This document shows positions 63,693 through 64,000 of a DNA stretch of 64,000 bases, one piece after another. The position numbers and the translations under genes are program-made. How positions within the stretch are numbered: position 1 is the stretch's first letter; each line of letters begins with the position of its first letter. Origin of the DNA: an uncultured Anaerolineales bacterium (GTDB taxonomy: Bacteria; Chloroflexota; Anaerolineae; Anaerolineales; UBA6663). The notes beneath the pieces are model-generated. The model saw nothing but the letters and a program-made list of their open reading frames with translations, made no database searches and was not told the origin of the DNA. Where the stretch lies: contig CAYZRP010000006.1 of NCBI GenBank assembly GCA_964480865.1, positions 4,064 through 68,063 of the forward strand, given 5' to 3'.

Positions 63693-64000
63693 ATGAAATT
63701 CCTCATGACGTACATCCCCTCGACTGATCCCTCCACAGCAGAGCCGGACCTGGCAAAGCTGGTCGAGATCCAACGCCTGACCAAGGAGATGATGGATGCC
63801 GGTATCGTGAAAGTGACCGGCGGGCTGCTCCCACTGAGCCAGGGTGGCGCACGCGTGCGCTCTCGCCGGGGCAAGTTTGAAGTCGTGGACGGACCTTACG
63901 CAGAGGCTAAGGAAGTGGTCGTGGGCTTTTCGATCGCTGAAGCCGAATCGCTCGAGCAGGCGATCCTACTGACTCAACGCTTCATGGCCGTGGCTGGCGA
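63693..64000 (+). CDS. YCII/DGPF-domain protein, 3'-partial at window edge
   Basis: ATG at 63693 preceded by TAGGAGAG. ..VVDGPYAEAKEVVVGFSI.. is DGPF-like. It runs off the window. Confidence 0.65.
   Translation, partial: MKFLMTYIPSTDPSTAEPDLAKLVEIQRLTKEMMDAGIVKVTGGLLPLSQGGARVRSRRGKFEVVDGPYAEAKEVVVGFSIAEAESLEQAILLTQRFMAVAG

Noticed and set aside
1-64000. CRISPR arrays, rRNA genes, integrase/recombinase genes, prophage structural genes
   Set aside because: No regularly spaced direct repeats, no rRNA-like segments, and no ORF with tyrosine/serine recombinase or phage capsid/terminase features were seen on either strand.

Overview
GC-rich bacterial window. The gene content is reminiscent of Chloroflexota, but the taxon cannot be verified from the sequence alone. 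Almost everything here is accessory and the layout is modular.

Layout, left to right:
1. A sugar isomerase, an aldolase and an aminotransferase (2-3639).
2. A decay zone (3767-5650): an IS200/IS605-type tnpB with several frameshifts, sitting between two unrelated gene fragments.
3. A metal island of about 27 kb (6.0-33.4 kb). It holds a CuA-cupredoxin/cytochrome c fusion, a PCYCGC protein, a multicopper oxidase, YHS, DUF2085 and DUF305 proteins, a His-rich P1B ATPase, a blue-copper lipoprotein, Met/Gly-rich proteins, three two-component systems, PadR-MFS, ChrA, and a P-type ATPase with an odd TM4 motif.
4. An AbiEi/AbiEii toxin-antitoxin pair, a DUF4143 ATPase, and a corrinoid-protein/MtaA-like pair.
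5. AraC, DUF1801 and SRPBCC genes, a frameshifted TfoX-like gene, and an ECF42-type sigma factor with its YCII partner.
6. A two-component system followed by rdhA-rdhB-rdhC-apbE, then a flavin-dependent halogenase, a CDP-alcohol phosphatidyltransferase and a redoxin.
7. A long minus-strand operon: DedA, a disulfide oxidoreductase and an ABC importer.
8. An ECF sigma/anti-sigma pair.

Most striking signal: four paralogous RNA genes on the same strand, each about 150 nt (at about 5.8, 33.7, 35.5 and 63.3 kb). Each has its own sigma70-like promoter and its own intrinsic terminator. The 3' third of each is the 3' half of an initiator tRNA-Met, fused to a conserved non-tRNA 5' domain. Two degenerate relics lie at 39.1-39.3 kb. 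These copies sit at the borders between the functional modules, and two of them bracket the abiE operon.

I found no rRNA, no canonical tRNA, no CRISPR array and no integrase. Many long ORFs in the supplied track are antisense shadows typical of GC-rich DNA.
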